Both the position numbers and the translations under genes were made by a program. DNA of 63,997 nt, counting the filler, from Perkinsus olseni (Eukaryota): NCBI GenBank assembly GCA_013115125.1. It is 6 parts of 6 records of this genome, joined end to end, with 100 filler letters (N's around TTAATTAATTAA, not from the genome) between each part and the next. Parts side by side here need not be neighbours in the genome. Positions count along the whole stretch, not along the records: positions 44,073 to 54,915 come from JABANN010000855.1; positions 55,016 to 63,997 come from JABANN010000937.1; 4 more parts are not named here. One strand, 5' to 3'. The notes under the pieces are model-generated. The model did not search any database. It had not been told where the DNA came from and worked only from the letters and a program-made list of their open reading frames with translations. Below are positions 49,824-61,070 of the stretch, one piece after another; within the stretch, counting starts at the first letter, position 1, and every line of letters starts with the position of its first letter.

Positions 49824-50578
49824 CGTCGAGCGGGTCATACCAAAGTGCGAAAAGGAGGAAAAGTTGAGCGCTCAAATACTGTGCACCATAACTCAGTACA
49901 GTGTGGCTGAGACGGGGCTCAAAGAGTGGTAAAATTTGACTGGGTGGGAGCTAAGCAATAATGCAATTTACAGCTTACTGAGCTGAGCTAAGCTAAGCTT
50001 AGTGTAGCACGTATACTTATGCACGCGAGGGCAAGACACATACTATGCGTCGCATTGTGAGAATCTCAAATTAGTATCGGATAACCGTCTGATCTCACTG
50101 TGAGATCAGACGGTTATCTGATACTAATGGTACGTAGTAGCAGTAAAGGTAAGTGTAGCGATGGGACTCTTACAGCTGTATTAAACCAGGCTGTAGCTGT
50201 AACGTAGCGTACGCTATAGGCGTCACTATGGTGCAAATGTGCACTACAGCTTACTACGCTAAGCTTAGTGTAGCACGTATGCTCATGGACGCGAGTCCAA
50301 AGCGGACATTAAGGTCAGATGGTTACCTGAGACTAATGATTCAGGGTTTAGGGTGAAAGTGTGATGAGAATGTGTTGAGGGCTACTATTGTGTATTCTCT
50401 ACCCAATATCTCAACGCAAGCTAGTACGGGTGGCATCCTATAAGCTCAACAAATTGCTACTACTCGTTTCCAATCCGTTGGTGTTAAGCTTATTGACAGT
50501 CTGCGGCTTCCCTCATTTAATCCTGATGATGGTGATGACTGGCAGTTTTTCATCAAGGGCTGGGAGCGTGTTGTTGGT

Positions 50579-51582
50579 TTGGCTGGTAAAATTAATGAAG
50601 GCACTGAGTTGGAGCTGTCACATCAAGGTATCAAGGGCTCCGGTAGAAAGATCGTAGATGCGTACGTCAATGGTGTTAAAACGTCTTACGCTGGGCTTAA
50701 GAATTGTCTCCAGACTACCTATGAGCTCTCGACTCAGTGTCGGCGTGTGAGAGTCGCAAAGATGTTGAAACTTGCTAATCAGCCGTCTCTGACTGATTTT
50801 CGGAAGTTTCAGGCTCAATGGGTACTGAGAGGTCAGCAACTCTCTGAGCTGAAGATTGGTCTGGAAGATAACAAGAAGGTCTTGGATTTCTTAGAGAAGC
50901 TCCCGGCGAAGATCACTCGGTATGTTCATCTACAATATAAGGATGTTATCGATACTCTCAACATCCAGAAAATGAAGGAGGTTGTGAGCACACTTATGGT
51001 GATAAATAGAACGTTCACAGTGAACGGTTCACTCAGGATCACTAGTTGCAGCTGTTGCTACCAGTGGACCAAAGGTTCGACCGTTGTACCGATTCTATCT
51101 GAATGGACACTGTAAATTCGGCAGTAAGTGTCGACACAAGTATGGTGGGACCAACGACAGAGGCTCGAAGGTTAAACCTGACTCGCGAAAGAATCACCAG
51201 AGTGAATTCATCTTTGAATACTGGCGGCGCGGCGCCGCCAGTATTAGGCGCCGCCGGCGCCGACCTGCGAGGTGAAGTAATCACACCGCTGGAAGTGCTA
51301 TAATTGCCAAAAAGTTGGGCATATAGCGGTAATTTACAGCCTGTAAATTGTCCTTCTAAACAGTTTAATGAAGGCCCGGTTTTGACGAGTTCTTCTTCAG
51401 TTTGCGCAGCAGCTGTGGTAAATCCAAGTCCTATACCTGTCTCAACTATCCCTCAGTCTGTTCCTGTGCCTACAGAGGCTCAGAATCTGGAGGATAAGAC
51501 TATCGAGGGTACTACTTCTACAGAAGTGTGGCCCACTGTAACTGCATTATCTGATGGTATGGGTTCATATCTGCCCTGTTAA
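50579..51582 (+). mobile_element. Gag-like retroelement remnant with CCCH-like zinc finger
   Basis: Helical gag-like segment (KKVLDFLEKLPAKITRYV), degenerate RFYLNGHCKFGSKCRHKY finger, frameshifts; duplicated blocks upstream at 49971-50028 and 50248-50296. Confidence 0.5.
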
Positions 51583-51659
51583 AATGATGTACCACGCTCG
51601 AGCCATGTGGTCTGTCTGTTAGTACAAGGATGAAACAGTGTTGCAGAAACACTAACAGT

Positions 51660-53450
51660 CAAACCCGAGACCTGGACGACGGAACGCCTTGAGAATATCT
51701 GATCGTCTCATGACAGGTGAATTCTTCGGGACTTCGAATCGCGAGTCTTGCGACGCAAGACGTAGCTGTCACTTGGGTATCCAGATTACCCGAGCTCTCC
51801 CTGAGAGCCTCTCAGATGTTCCAAGCTTTGGATATCAGCGCAGCATACCGGGTGGGCTGAGAATTTTCCTAAACGAGCGTAGACTAACACGCGAGCCAAC
51901 GGCGAACTCTCCTTGTCGAGCAACTCATAGCGCAATCAATTCATGGCGCGTTCTGCTGGCCGAGGCGCGCACAGGAGGCTTGAAGACAGGGCCTGTCTCC
52001 ACTAGACACGGAACGCAAATCCTCAAAAGCAGGAGTTTCCGACAATGATAGCAACAACGAAAACAAAAACAGCGTCACCATGAGAAGCAAACCTAGCCGC
52101 TAGGTCCTAGCGTCAGTGTTTCGTTCACACTAGAGTTTCAAGTCTCACTTTCGTCCTTGTTACAGGGTCTAGTCTTCTATGCCAGCCGGCGGCCAAGGCT
52201 ATCGTCGTGGCAGCGGCGCGGTTCTCGCGTTCATTCTCACTGATACCAACTTCCGCCACGTTAATACCCCATTGAGCGGCCCTCGAGGTGATCTCAATGC
52301 GATCAGCATCGCACTGGTTAGTTCTTCCCGTCCAATATCTCATGAGCTCAAGATTTTCGCTAAGGAGGGGTATCCTGACATCGCACGCCATTTCATATGG
52401 AATGGCCATGGAAATTTCATGTCCGAGGAAAAGATGCGGAGGTTACTCACTCGATTAGGTGACTGGGAACTGCGCTATCAATGAACTTGATGGAGCTCAC
52501 GCGGGACCTTTTCTCCCATAGCTTTTTGATGAAGGTAATCGTCGAGGGAAGAGAAGACTGAGAAACGTATCACGAGCGAAGTCTTTGCCCTGACACCATA
52601 CCTGTGGTGGTCCAAAAACATGCGTGTACCTTTCCGCACGAGTGTCTCGAAGTTGAGATTCCCTCAACACTTCTCTGGCTACGGCTAGGACCGCAGAGTT
52701 CTTATCCTCGGAAGCTCGCGTTTTTTTGAGCAGCTGCCTTCCCCATTCGACTATAGACTCCTCGCACGTCATACCTCGCGTCTTGGGCAACTTGCGCGTG
52801 AAGGGCAATCCCGAAGGCTCGAGTAGCCACCACAGAGTCTGTGTGTTAGATATAGCTGTCCACGTGGGCAGCTCATAGGATCGTCTGTATGCAGTCCTGG
52901 GGTTGTGAGGTGAAGCGGAGCACTCAACACACACGGGCTCACATGCTTTCCCCGAGAGTAGCGTATTCGATAACGTACCGCCCTCTCTTCTTGCTGAATA
53001 CGGCCCCGACGGATGCTTCCCACTGAAACGTTAGAAAGTACGACGCTGGCCCCAGACGCTTCTCTTACAGGGAAGGAGATATCTTTACTAAGGTCTGAGG
53101 ACCTCCCTGATATGGCTGCGCTGGCTCCAAAATGGCGTGCGACGACAACACAACGGCCTTGTTCCTGAAGCCATTGAGGCGCGAATAGGATGACCTCACT
53201 GCGACCACCGGGGAGATAATCGACCGATGAGATCATGGGTGGCACTGCCACCGTGGCAGTTGGCGAAGCAATGCTGACCATCACCTGCTCCGTGTGTACT
53301 CGCACCCCCTGTCCCGTACTCGAGGGCGCCCGTCCAGCGGTCTGAGATGGTAGCGAAAAGGGAGAAGAATAGCACAAGTACTCTAGAGGGACAGGCTGCT
53401 CTGAGTTCGGTCATGGTTACAGTCTGTGATTTACAGAGGCTGGGCGGTTT
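51660..53450 (-). repeat. Degenerate coding repeat family, copy 2
   Basis: TLWWLLEPSGLPFTRKLPKTRGMTCEESIVEWG and ALAAGWH; limits approximate. Confidence 0.75.
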
Positions 53451-54199
53451 TACTGTAGCCGTAAGCACCTTCCTACCGTGAACATCGTCTTCGCCAGGAC
53501 TCCGTCGATGAAGAGGTGGATGAGCAGCGACCGTAATGCACAAAGCATGACAGAGAAATGCCTACTTTGAACGAAATAGGAATTGTGCTTTGCAGCCTGG
53601 CGGGAATGTTCAGGGCACACGAGGGATTAGCGGAAAACTGTTCTTGGTGCATCGGGAATTACGTGCCGATCGAGCTTTATTTCCTTTGGGCACTTGAGAG
53701 CTCGCCTAATCTTGCTCGAACCTATCCTAAGTCTTCTTTGGAGCGAGCTGTGCACAACTCGTCATCGATCGAGGTCAACCCACTCACTTGAGTGATCGGC
53801 TGGACTCCGGCCCGTGAGTCATGAGCCTTCGGTCCCCCGTGTGCGGAGAGGCGCCCACCCAGGAATTTACTGCCCGCTCGAGGTATACAGCCCAAGTTAG
53901 TAACTTGAAGATACCCCAGGTATTTTTGGGTTAACTATGCCGATGTATGGCCTCGTCATACTTCTCTGCTTCAGCTCCGGTGAGGCGAGCGCAGTGAAGA
54001 ACGCAGTAAGTCATACCCAGCTTGCCTCGGTGCGCTGCCCCTCGGGAGCGACCAACGACCTTAGCGAACGGACTCTCTTGATAATCACAGAAATGATCCG
54101 GTGCTGCTCAAGTATTGTTTTGTGTCAGCCCTACTCGAGACGAGGATTCAAGAGTGAACAAGGAATCGACAAGGTAACGGAAATTGACTCGCCAGCCGG

Positions 54200-54860
54200 C
54201 CTGATGTTCGGTCCTGATTTAAGGAACAAGGTCGTTGCGCTGTCGAGGCACGCAGGTTCGGGGTCAACAACAAGATGGAGACGAGTGACTCATCACGAGT
54301 CGCACAACACTCTCACAGGAGGTATCTGTCGCTGTGAGTGGAGCGATTGTTGCGAGAATCGACAGGAATTAGACAGCTCTTGTGTAGTGGCAAGCTTCGG
54401 TCGGTGCGGTATTCGATGGGAGAAAGAGAAGGTACGTGATGGACTACGCAACCTTAGGGAAGATTCGGTAGCCCAGACTGGGCTGCCCAGTGGTTGCTGA
54501 GTGTCGACAATGTCGACTCGACAAGTTTCATCTTGCCATTGCTAGGACTACCAAAAGGAGGAAACCTGTTCGCTCAAACTGGGTAACCACATCCACAACG
54601 AAGACCCTGCGATAACCAGCGGGATTGCCTCTAACCTATGATCTACTGGAATTACAAGGTTCGGGGTGCGAGTATACAATCATCAAATAGGGAGCAACTC
54701 TGCTGAACGTACCTCCACCTTCAACGGAAACTAGTACAAACCGAGGCGCCCTTTAACGGAAGCACGTCCAGCTTCTGCTACCAACGCACGAAGCACTTCT
54801 CGCAGAACCGCCTCTCTACCGAACTCTACTCCGACAGAAGTCTGTCAGAGGAACTTGCAG
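54200..54860 (+). repeat. Degenerate coding repeat family, copy 3
   Basis: CVVASFG and WVTTSTTKTL..PAGLPLTYDL..GSGCEYTII align with copy 1; many stops. Confidence 0.6.
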
Positions 54861-54915
54861 TAGGCGTGACCATTGATAAATAACACAATACCCCAAAAGT
54901 TGAGGGTTAACTTAT

Positions 54916-55015
54916 NNNNNNNNNNNNNNNNNNNNNNNNNNNNNNNNNNNNNNNNNNNNTTAATTAATTAANNNNNNNNNNNNNNNNNNNNNNNNNNNNN
55001 NNNNNNNNNNNNNNN
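54916..55015. other. Artificial contig spacer
   Basis: N44 + TTAATTAATTAA + N44. Confidence 0.99.
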
Positions 55016-55332
55016 AAAACACCCCTAAGATATTGAAGAAGCTGAACACTGAGTCCCAATGTCTCCGTATTGTTGAGACCATCATGGCCAATCCACCGCC
55101 CCGGTATGAGGGCGAACGGGGCAGCACCAACTGGCTCTTCAAGTTCTACACAGATAATGGGGTAGCTATCAAAGAAAAAGTACAAACGCTTGAAGAGGTG
55201 TGGCTGAGTGGCGGAGCGGAGGAGGAGGAGATGGCAGATGAGGAAGGATCGGATGGGGGCTGGTCCGATGGAGGGTCGGACGTCTCTTCGGACTGGTCGG
55301 GATGGTACACCGACATGGATGATGACGACTGA
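55016..55332 (+). CDS. Tandem secreted-protein family, unit 1 (3' part only)
   Basis: ESQCLRIVETIMANPPPRY..WLFKFYTDN matches the other units; acidic tail. Confidence 0.75.
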
Positions 55333-56068
55333 TTCCTCGAATGTAGCTGGGGGATAAAGACCTTTGACTCAAAGGCTTTGAGGCCCTGCATATCATTTTT
55401 CCCGATGTGGTTGTTGTTGTGATCTGTCGTGCTGTACGTGTATGTAGCGATCGGTGCTACCCTCAGCGTTGATGGGAGTCGTTAATAAGGGGAGTGCTCT
55501 CAGCCTGGGACGAACAGAGGCCCCGTAGTGTCTGCCCGTTCTCTGGCACGGGTCTGCTAGAACGATCGTTGCAATGAGGGGATACGACACAACCGGGCAG
55601 GTTTATGAGCACATCGGTCGTATATTCTCGAGCGTGACCCGAGAGTCATTATAGAAAGTAGAGCGACAAGGTTTTGCACCCTAGAAAGACATTTGCGAAT
55701 CATCTTCACCCGCCGTCTTTCTTCGAGTCTAGTGGTCCCGGATCGCCCGCTCAGTCTCTCATTTCCGAGACCTACAAAACAGTGAGGAGGGACTTTGGCA
55801 TGACGCTCTGCATTTCGGCACTCTCACCAGCATCTCTGTCTCGCTACCATTCACCAGGAGAGAGCAGATGTATTATGAGAGTGGCCCAGTTTGACGTGGA
55901 CAAGAGCCAAACTCGGCTCTTCGTCCGTGGCAGTTTGTGCGCTTGCGACGGGAAATTTGTGCACACTCGGAGCTCGCCCGTCACATCCTCGCCGCGGCCG
56001 TCTTCGAGCTTCCGTTCTTCCCATCATTACCGTCGATTGCATCAACAGCTATTCGACTGTTTATTATC

Positions 56069-57094
56069 ATGAGGCCTCGTCCGCTCCTCCAACTCTTCCT
56101 ATCATTCCTCTCCGCTACAGCTCTGAGGAGGTCCGCTCGAGGGAAGGCATCTCAGTCGGCAGCACGGAAAGCAGGGCCTATCTCTGAGCTCAAGGCGAAA
56201 GGGGTACGCCCGAATCCACTACTACTCATTAGTATTCAAGCTCTAAAGCCTAGCTCAACCCTGATACCGCGCGGCGTTTTCGTCAAAATCTGCTACTCTT
56301 TCTGTTTTCCAGATATCTTTCTCTCCGAAAGCTTCCGGATGCAAGATTAAACAGTCAGATCCTCTGCCGAGGATGAGCTTCACTTTGACTGTGGAGGGCA
56401 GTGCCTTGGATACTGAGTTTGAAGATTTCGAGAACAAAACAACTTATAACTTGTAACATACAGAGGAGCGTGCCTGTCCTTCGGACGATGGGTCTCTTTC
56501 ACGGTGTCTACGAACCCTGTCATCATTTTTTTCAGCTACAAGAGCGCCAACATGGTCACTTGGGTTGGTGGTGATGAAGATGATGATTTCCTTCATACAG
56601 TGTTCCTGCAAGATGAAGATTGGGAGAGATTTTATGACCTCAACCTGTTGCCATTGTACCATCTGACAAAAGAAATGTTGGAGAAGATACGGAAGATGAT
56701 CACTCCGAGGAGAAAGAACAAAGTCACGACCGAGGCTCAGTGCCTTGGCTTGGTTGAAGTTATCTCGGCTCATCCGCCATCCCGATACTACACACGCCAG
56801 AAGACCACCGGATGGGTCTCCAAGTTCTACGCGGATAATAGGTTGAGGATAGAAGAGGAATTGGAGAGTCTCGAGAGGGGAAGGCACGATACGTCGGACA
56901 GAGGCGCAGAGTAGGTCCGCCTCGAGGTCCTTGGCATCGTAGCTCTGAGCAGGTCTGGTCAGCAATCGGGAGTAGCTGAAGAAGGAAGTACCTTCTACCT
57001 AACAGCGGAAGAAGAATCCAGACGTATTGCCGAGCTCAAAGCACAAGGGGTATGTCATCGCCACCCGCAATGCTATCTCATAGCGCTGCATGTG

Positions 57095-57161
<67 letters not shown>

Positions 57162-57925
57162 TGTTAATGTTACTAACCTCCACTACTGCGCTCTATCCAT
57201 CTACGCGGTGCAGGGGGATGAGCTGGCGAGTCCAGTCTCATTGTGTTCGCATTGTTCCTTTAACTCGGTCTCCTGCTTCGTCCGCCTCTATTGATCACAG
57301 CACTTATTTCAGATATCATTCTACCCTGAAATCTCGGGATGTAAGATTGAACAGTCGCCTCCCCTTCACAAGATGAACTTCACCGTCTACGCGAATGAAA
57401 GAGCTTTGGACACCACTTTTGAGGACATTGAAAAGGGGGATATTTTCTACTTGTACCGTCTGGGATTTTTGATCCCATTACACTGTCCTATCATCGTTCA
57501 GTTCCCAGAGCTCCAACATGGTTTTGTGGGGGATCGGTGGTGATGATTACCGCGGGGTGTATCTCAAAAAGGAAGACTGGCAGACAATGGAGAAGGTTAA
57601 GTGGCTGCCGTTGGCGCATCTTTCGCACGGGATCCAGGAGATCCTTCTGAACAGCACTTCCAAAAGAGGCAAAAAGTCGAGCACTACATCTCAATGCCTG
57701 CGTGTTGTTGATGCCGTTATGACCAGTCCATTGCCTGAGTATAAGACGGGAGACCGAGAGAGCACCGACTGGATTTATGATTTTTATAGTGACAAGAGGA
57801 GGGAGATGTTGAAGAAATTAGCAGAGTTCGAGGAACTTCAAGGGAAGAAAGAAGCAGTAGAAGAGGAAACATCTGACGAAGAAGAAGAAGAAGACGAAGA
57901 ATTTCGGTCGAATCACTTGAGGTGA
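56069..57925 (+). CDS. Tandem secreted-protein family, units 2 and 3 (probably one two-domain gene)
   Basis: Signal exon MRPRPLLQLFLSFLSATAL; exons ISFSPKASGCKI / ISFYPEISGCKI and QCL..V...PP.Y...W...FY.D each occur twice; candidate linking intron 56911-56952. Confidence 0.7.
57097..57161. repeat. (CAT)n microsatellite in an intron
   Basis: About 21 perfect CAT units. Confidence 0.97.
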
Positions 57926-58043
57926 GTGACCAAGAGGCACTGATATGATAGATGATGGACTGAGGTATCGGGTATAGTCCATTGAGGGAGGAGGAAGTAC
58001 AGTAGCTCTGAGGGGAAAGGTAGATCCTGGTATTATTTGTCTT

Positions 58044-58049
58044 TGTTGT

Positions 58050-58083
<34 letters not shown>

Positions 58084-58084
58084 A
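58044..58084. repeat. (GTT)n microsatellite
   Basis: About 13 units with one interruption. Confidence 0.9.
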
Positions 58085-58429
58085 ACGATCCATCATGATG
58101 TGTCTGTGTCCATTGCTGATACATCTGCTGTGTACAGGAGTCATCAATAAGGTACATCAGTCTCTTCCGGGAACGGCCCGTAAGCCCCCCCGCCGACAAT
58201 GAACTGATAAGCATGGTGCTAGTGAAGTGAGCCCGGATGTTGTACAGTACCTCGATCGAACACTCGGTGAGAGGGTCTCCTGCTCGCCGGCTCGCTCAGG
58301 GCTGCTCCATAAAGGGTCTGTGCTCACACGGCGTTTCACACATTTTCGCTTTGGCTACTCATGTGCTTCCAAGTATTTACGTCAGTAGCCTCCTTGTCGA
58401 AGCTTCGAGTACCAACTCCCCGTCACACA

Positions 58430-59403
58430 ATGACCTCCCATCTCCGCCCTCTCCTTCTCGCGCCTGTCATCGCCGTAGTAGCCACGGTACCTCACAGCTC
58501 TGGTCAGCAGTCGACAGCATCCCAGTTGACTCCAGAAGAACCTTATCGTATCTCTCAGCGCAAGGAAGCAGGGGTATGCTCCCTCCAGTTCCTATTCATG
58601 ATAGTAGTAGATGATGTCTTCGTCTGAAGGCTGCTCAATGATGAACATCATTAGCGATGAATCACTCGCCTCTGACGGTTTCGCTGAACCCGCTCGATCT
58701 ATTTACTCGTTCCTCCTTGCTATCATTCCCTCTGCAGATAAGCTTTACCCCGACGTTTCCGGTTTGTATGATTACCGGGGATCGAATGAGGTTTTCACTC
58801 ACTGCGGATAGGGAAACCGGGGCGGTGATGGATATCGAGTTCTGGATGTGGATGCGCAAGAATTTGTACAACCATGCAATTGAGTTCACTTTGCAACTCA
58901 TAGCGATTGTTTCCAGCCAGTCTGCTGAAATTGTTTTTCTCTCAAGGTACAAGACCAACAGGATCTACTACGGTAAAGGAGGTACAATGAACTTTGGAAA
59001 CCATCTGAACCAAGAAGATTAGAGAAGGCTAGAGAAGGCCGGATTGCTACCGTTCGCCCACCTCTCTGAGAGGACTGAGGATTCTCCAGGACAACACTCC
59101 CTCCGAGGGAGTCCCTCGCAAGCAAACACGTATAACAGGAGGTCTCAATGCCTCATCATTGTTGAAGCCATTGTGGCTGATCCACCACCTCTCTATAGAA
59201 GTTACGGAGGGGGTGGGTTTTGGATACCCCAGCTCTATGAAGACAATAGACGCAAACTGATGGTGGTATGTGCGAGGTTCAGTAATGCGAGGAGTGAGAG
59301 GTGGTTCCCAAAGACATGGGTCCAGGAGAAGAAATGCTGCGGTGAGACGAGCCTTGGCGAAGGTAAGGGAGAGGTCGCTCGAAGTCTGATGGTTAAGGCA
59401 TAG
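58430..59403 (+). CDS. Tandem secreted-protein family, unit 4 (possibly degenerate)
   Basis: Signal exon MTSHLRPLLLAPVIAVVAT; ISFTPTFPVCMI exon; SQCLIIVEAIVADPPPLY..WIPQLYEDN; an in-frame stop near 59020 suggests damage. Confidence 0.65.
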
Positions 59404-60015
59404 CTCGGTAAATGCTTCAGTTTTGTTGATGACGTTGTTCTTAATGTGTCATGATGTATGTGCATTCACTGATCGACGATAAATTTGGTGTTCACAGGAG
59501 TCGTCAACGAGGGGAGGGATACACGTGTTATAGTTCGTGAGTGAAACTCTCTCATTGCAAACCTGTGATCTGCTGCCAACGGTCCTGCGAAGGTTAAAGC
59601 TGGCGCCTGGCCCAGCAAGGTATAGCGGCTGGCCGTTGGAAGAGGAGGTTGAAAAACCCAATTCTAGCATTGGAATGACAGCCGGCGGGTCCTTTGTGCC
59701 AAGAAACGCGAACGCATCATGTCCAGCACGACCTATTGGAGGAACTTTAACCGAAAGACCCATTCTAACAGAGTCGAAAGACACGGTTTCCGAGGAGCGC
59801 TCTTCAAAGGGAGGGTTGAGTAGGCCAAGAACGCTGAAGTAACTTGAGTGAAGTTAACTGAAGTTAGTAAGTGGAGTAACTATGTAACTGAAATTAGTTC
59901 TCGCTCATTTTGCCCTTTGTTTAAGATGCCAGTCTGGAAGTATGTGTCCTCTGAGAGGCTTTGGCGACCACAGACAGTTCACTGACCACGCGATATCGTG
60001 TCCAGAGTGTTGTCC

Positions 60016-60690
60016 TAGGGCCTACGTATTCAAGTGCTTTTTGTTTCTGGGCACCGAGTCCAAGGAGTAGTTTCCGAGACATCACATATTCAAGTGCTCG
60101 GGCAAATTTTACGGGTATATTGTCCGATTTCCGAGTACGGGTCACAATCCCAACTGTTCAAGTGCACCTCTACATAAATTTCCCGGCCTCGGAGAAACAC
60201 CTCTTGCTCGGGAAATTGAAAGTCGCGCGTTTCGTGGATACGCGCAGCACAACTCTCAAGATGCGCTGTGAGGTGCGCGGTTCGCATGCGAGACTCATCT
60301 TGATCTTCAAGATGCGCCGAATGAGGCTGTCACTGAACAGCAGTCTGCGAGTATGCTTGAGTATGTTTGCTACTGTAGTGTAATATGTGTGGTATGGTAC
60401 ATTCGTAAGGAGTGTAGTGTTCACTCGGAAAGGCAGGTGCTCGGAATCAGTACCCGTTTCTTGTCGGAAAATTTTTCCTCGGAAACTGATCCCATGAGCC
60501 GCATTTGAATCTAGACCTCGGATTTGCAGCTCGTAAAAGCGCAACTTGGATTCGGAAATGTTTCGCCGAGCGCTCGGACCGAGTACTCAGCTCGGAAATT
60601 CACTTGAATGGATCATTCCATCTCGAGTTCGGAAGGGATGCCCTTCCGACTACTCGGACTCGGAAAAAGGGGCACTTGAATAAGCTCCTG
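60016..60690. mobile_element. MITE-like non-autonomous DNA transposon
   Basis: TATTCAAGTGC near the left end and its reverse complement GCACTTGAATA near the right end; TAGGG/CAGG-type termini; many TTCCGAG/CTCGGAA repeats; no TSD seen. Confidence 0.6.
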
Positions 60691-61070
60691 GTCAGACTCC
60701 GCACTCTCGCCTCTTCCTTTCCTCGAAGAGATTATGCTTAGTGTAGGAATGATCCTTGCCAGAAAGACATGATAGTTTCCCACTCTTGATGTAATATCTA
60801 GTCTAGTCTGGCGCGGCTAGCCCACTACCGAAATAAACCATCGCACTGCCAGTTCTCAGTATGGTCGAGATCGCCAAGATGAAGTGCGGGTTGTTACAAT
60901 TATGTTGTGAGAAGGAAAAGTTTATTCTCGGGCATGAGGGGAGAGGAGTCCCTTGGACAACTACCAAACAAACTCAACTCAACTCCCGTTTACTATCATT
61001 TCATGCCTCAATTTCTACATGTTGCGATGGCGAGAAGGAACAGTTGGTAGACATGAAGGACAAAAAGCTA

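Noticed and set aside
54503-54524. Further footprint candidates here and at 62362-62378
   Set aside because: Only one centre base is complemented and the core GTCGAC is self-palindromic, so they were left out of the exact set
57052-57376. Poly-His and poly-Ser ORFs
   Set aside because: Translations of an intronic CAT microsatellite
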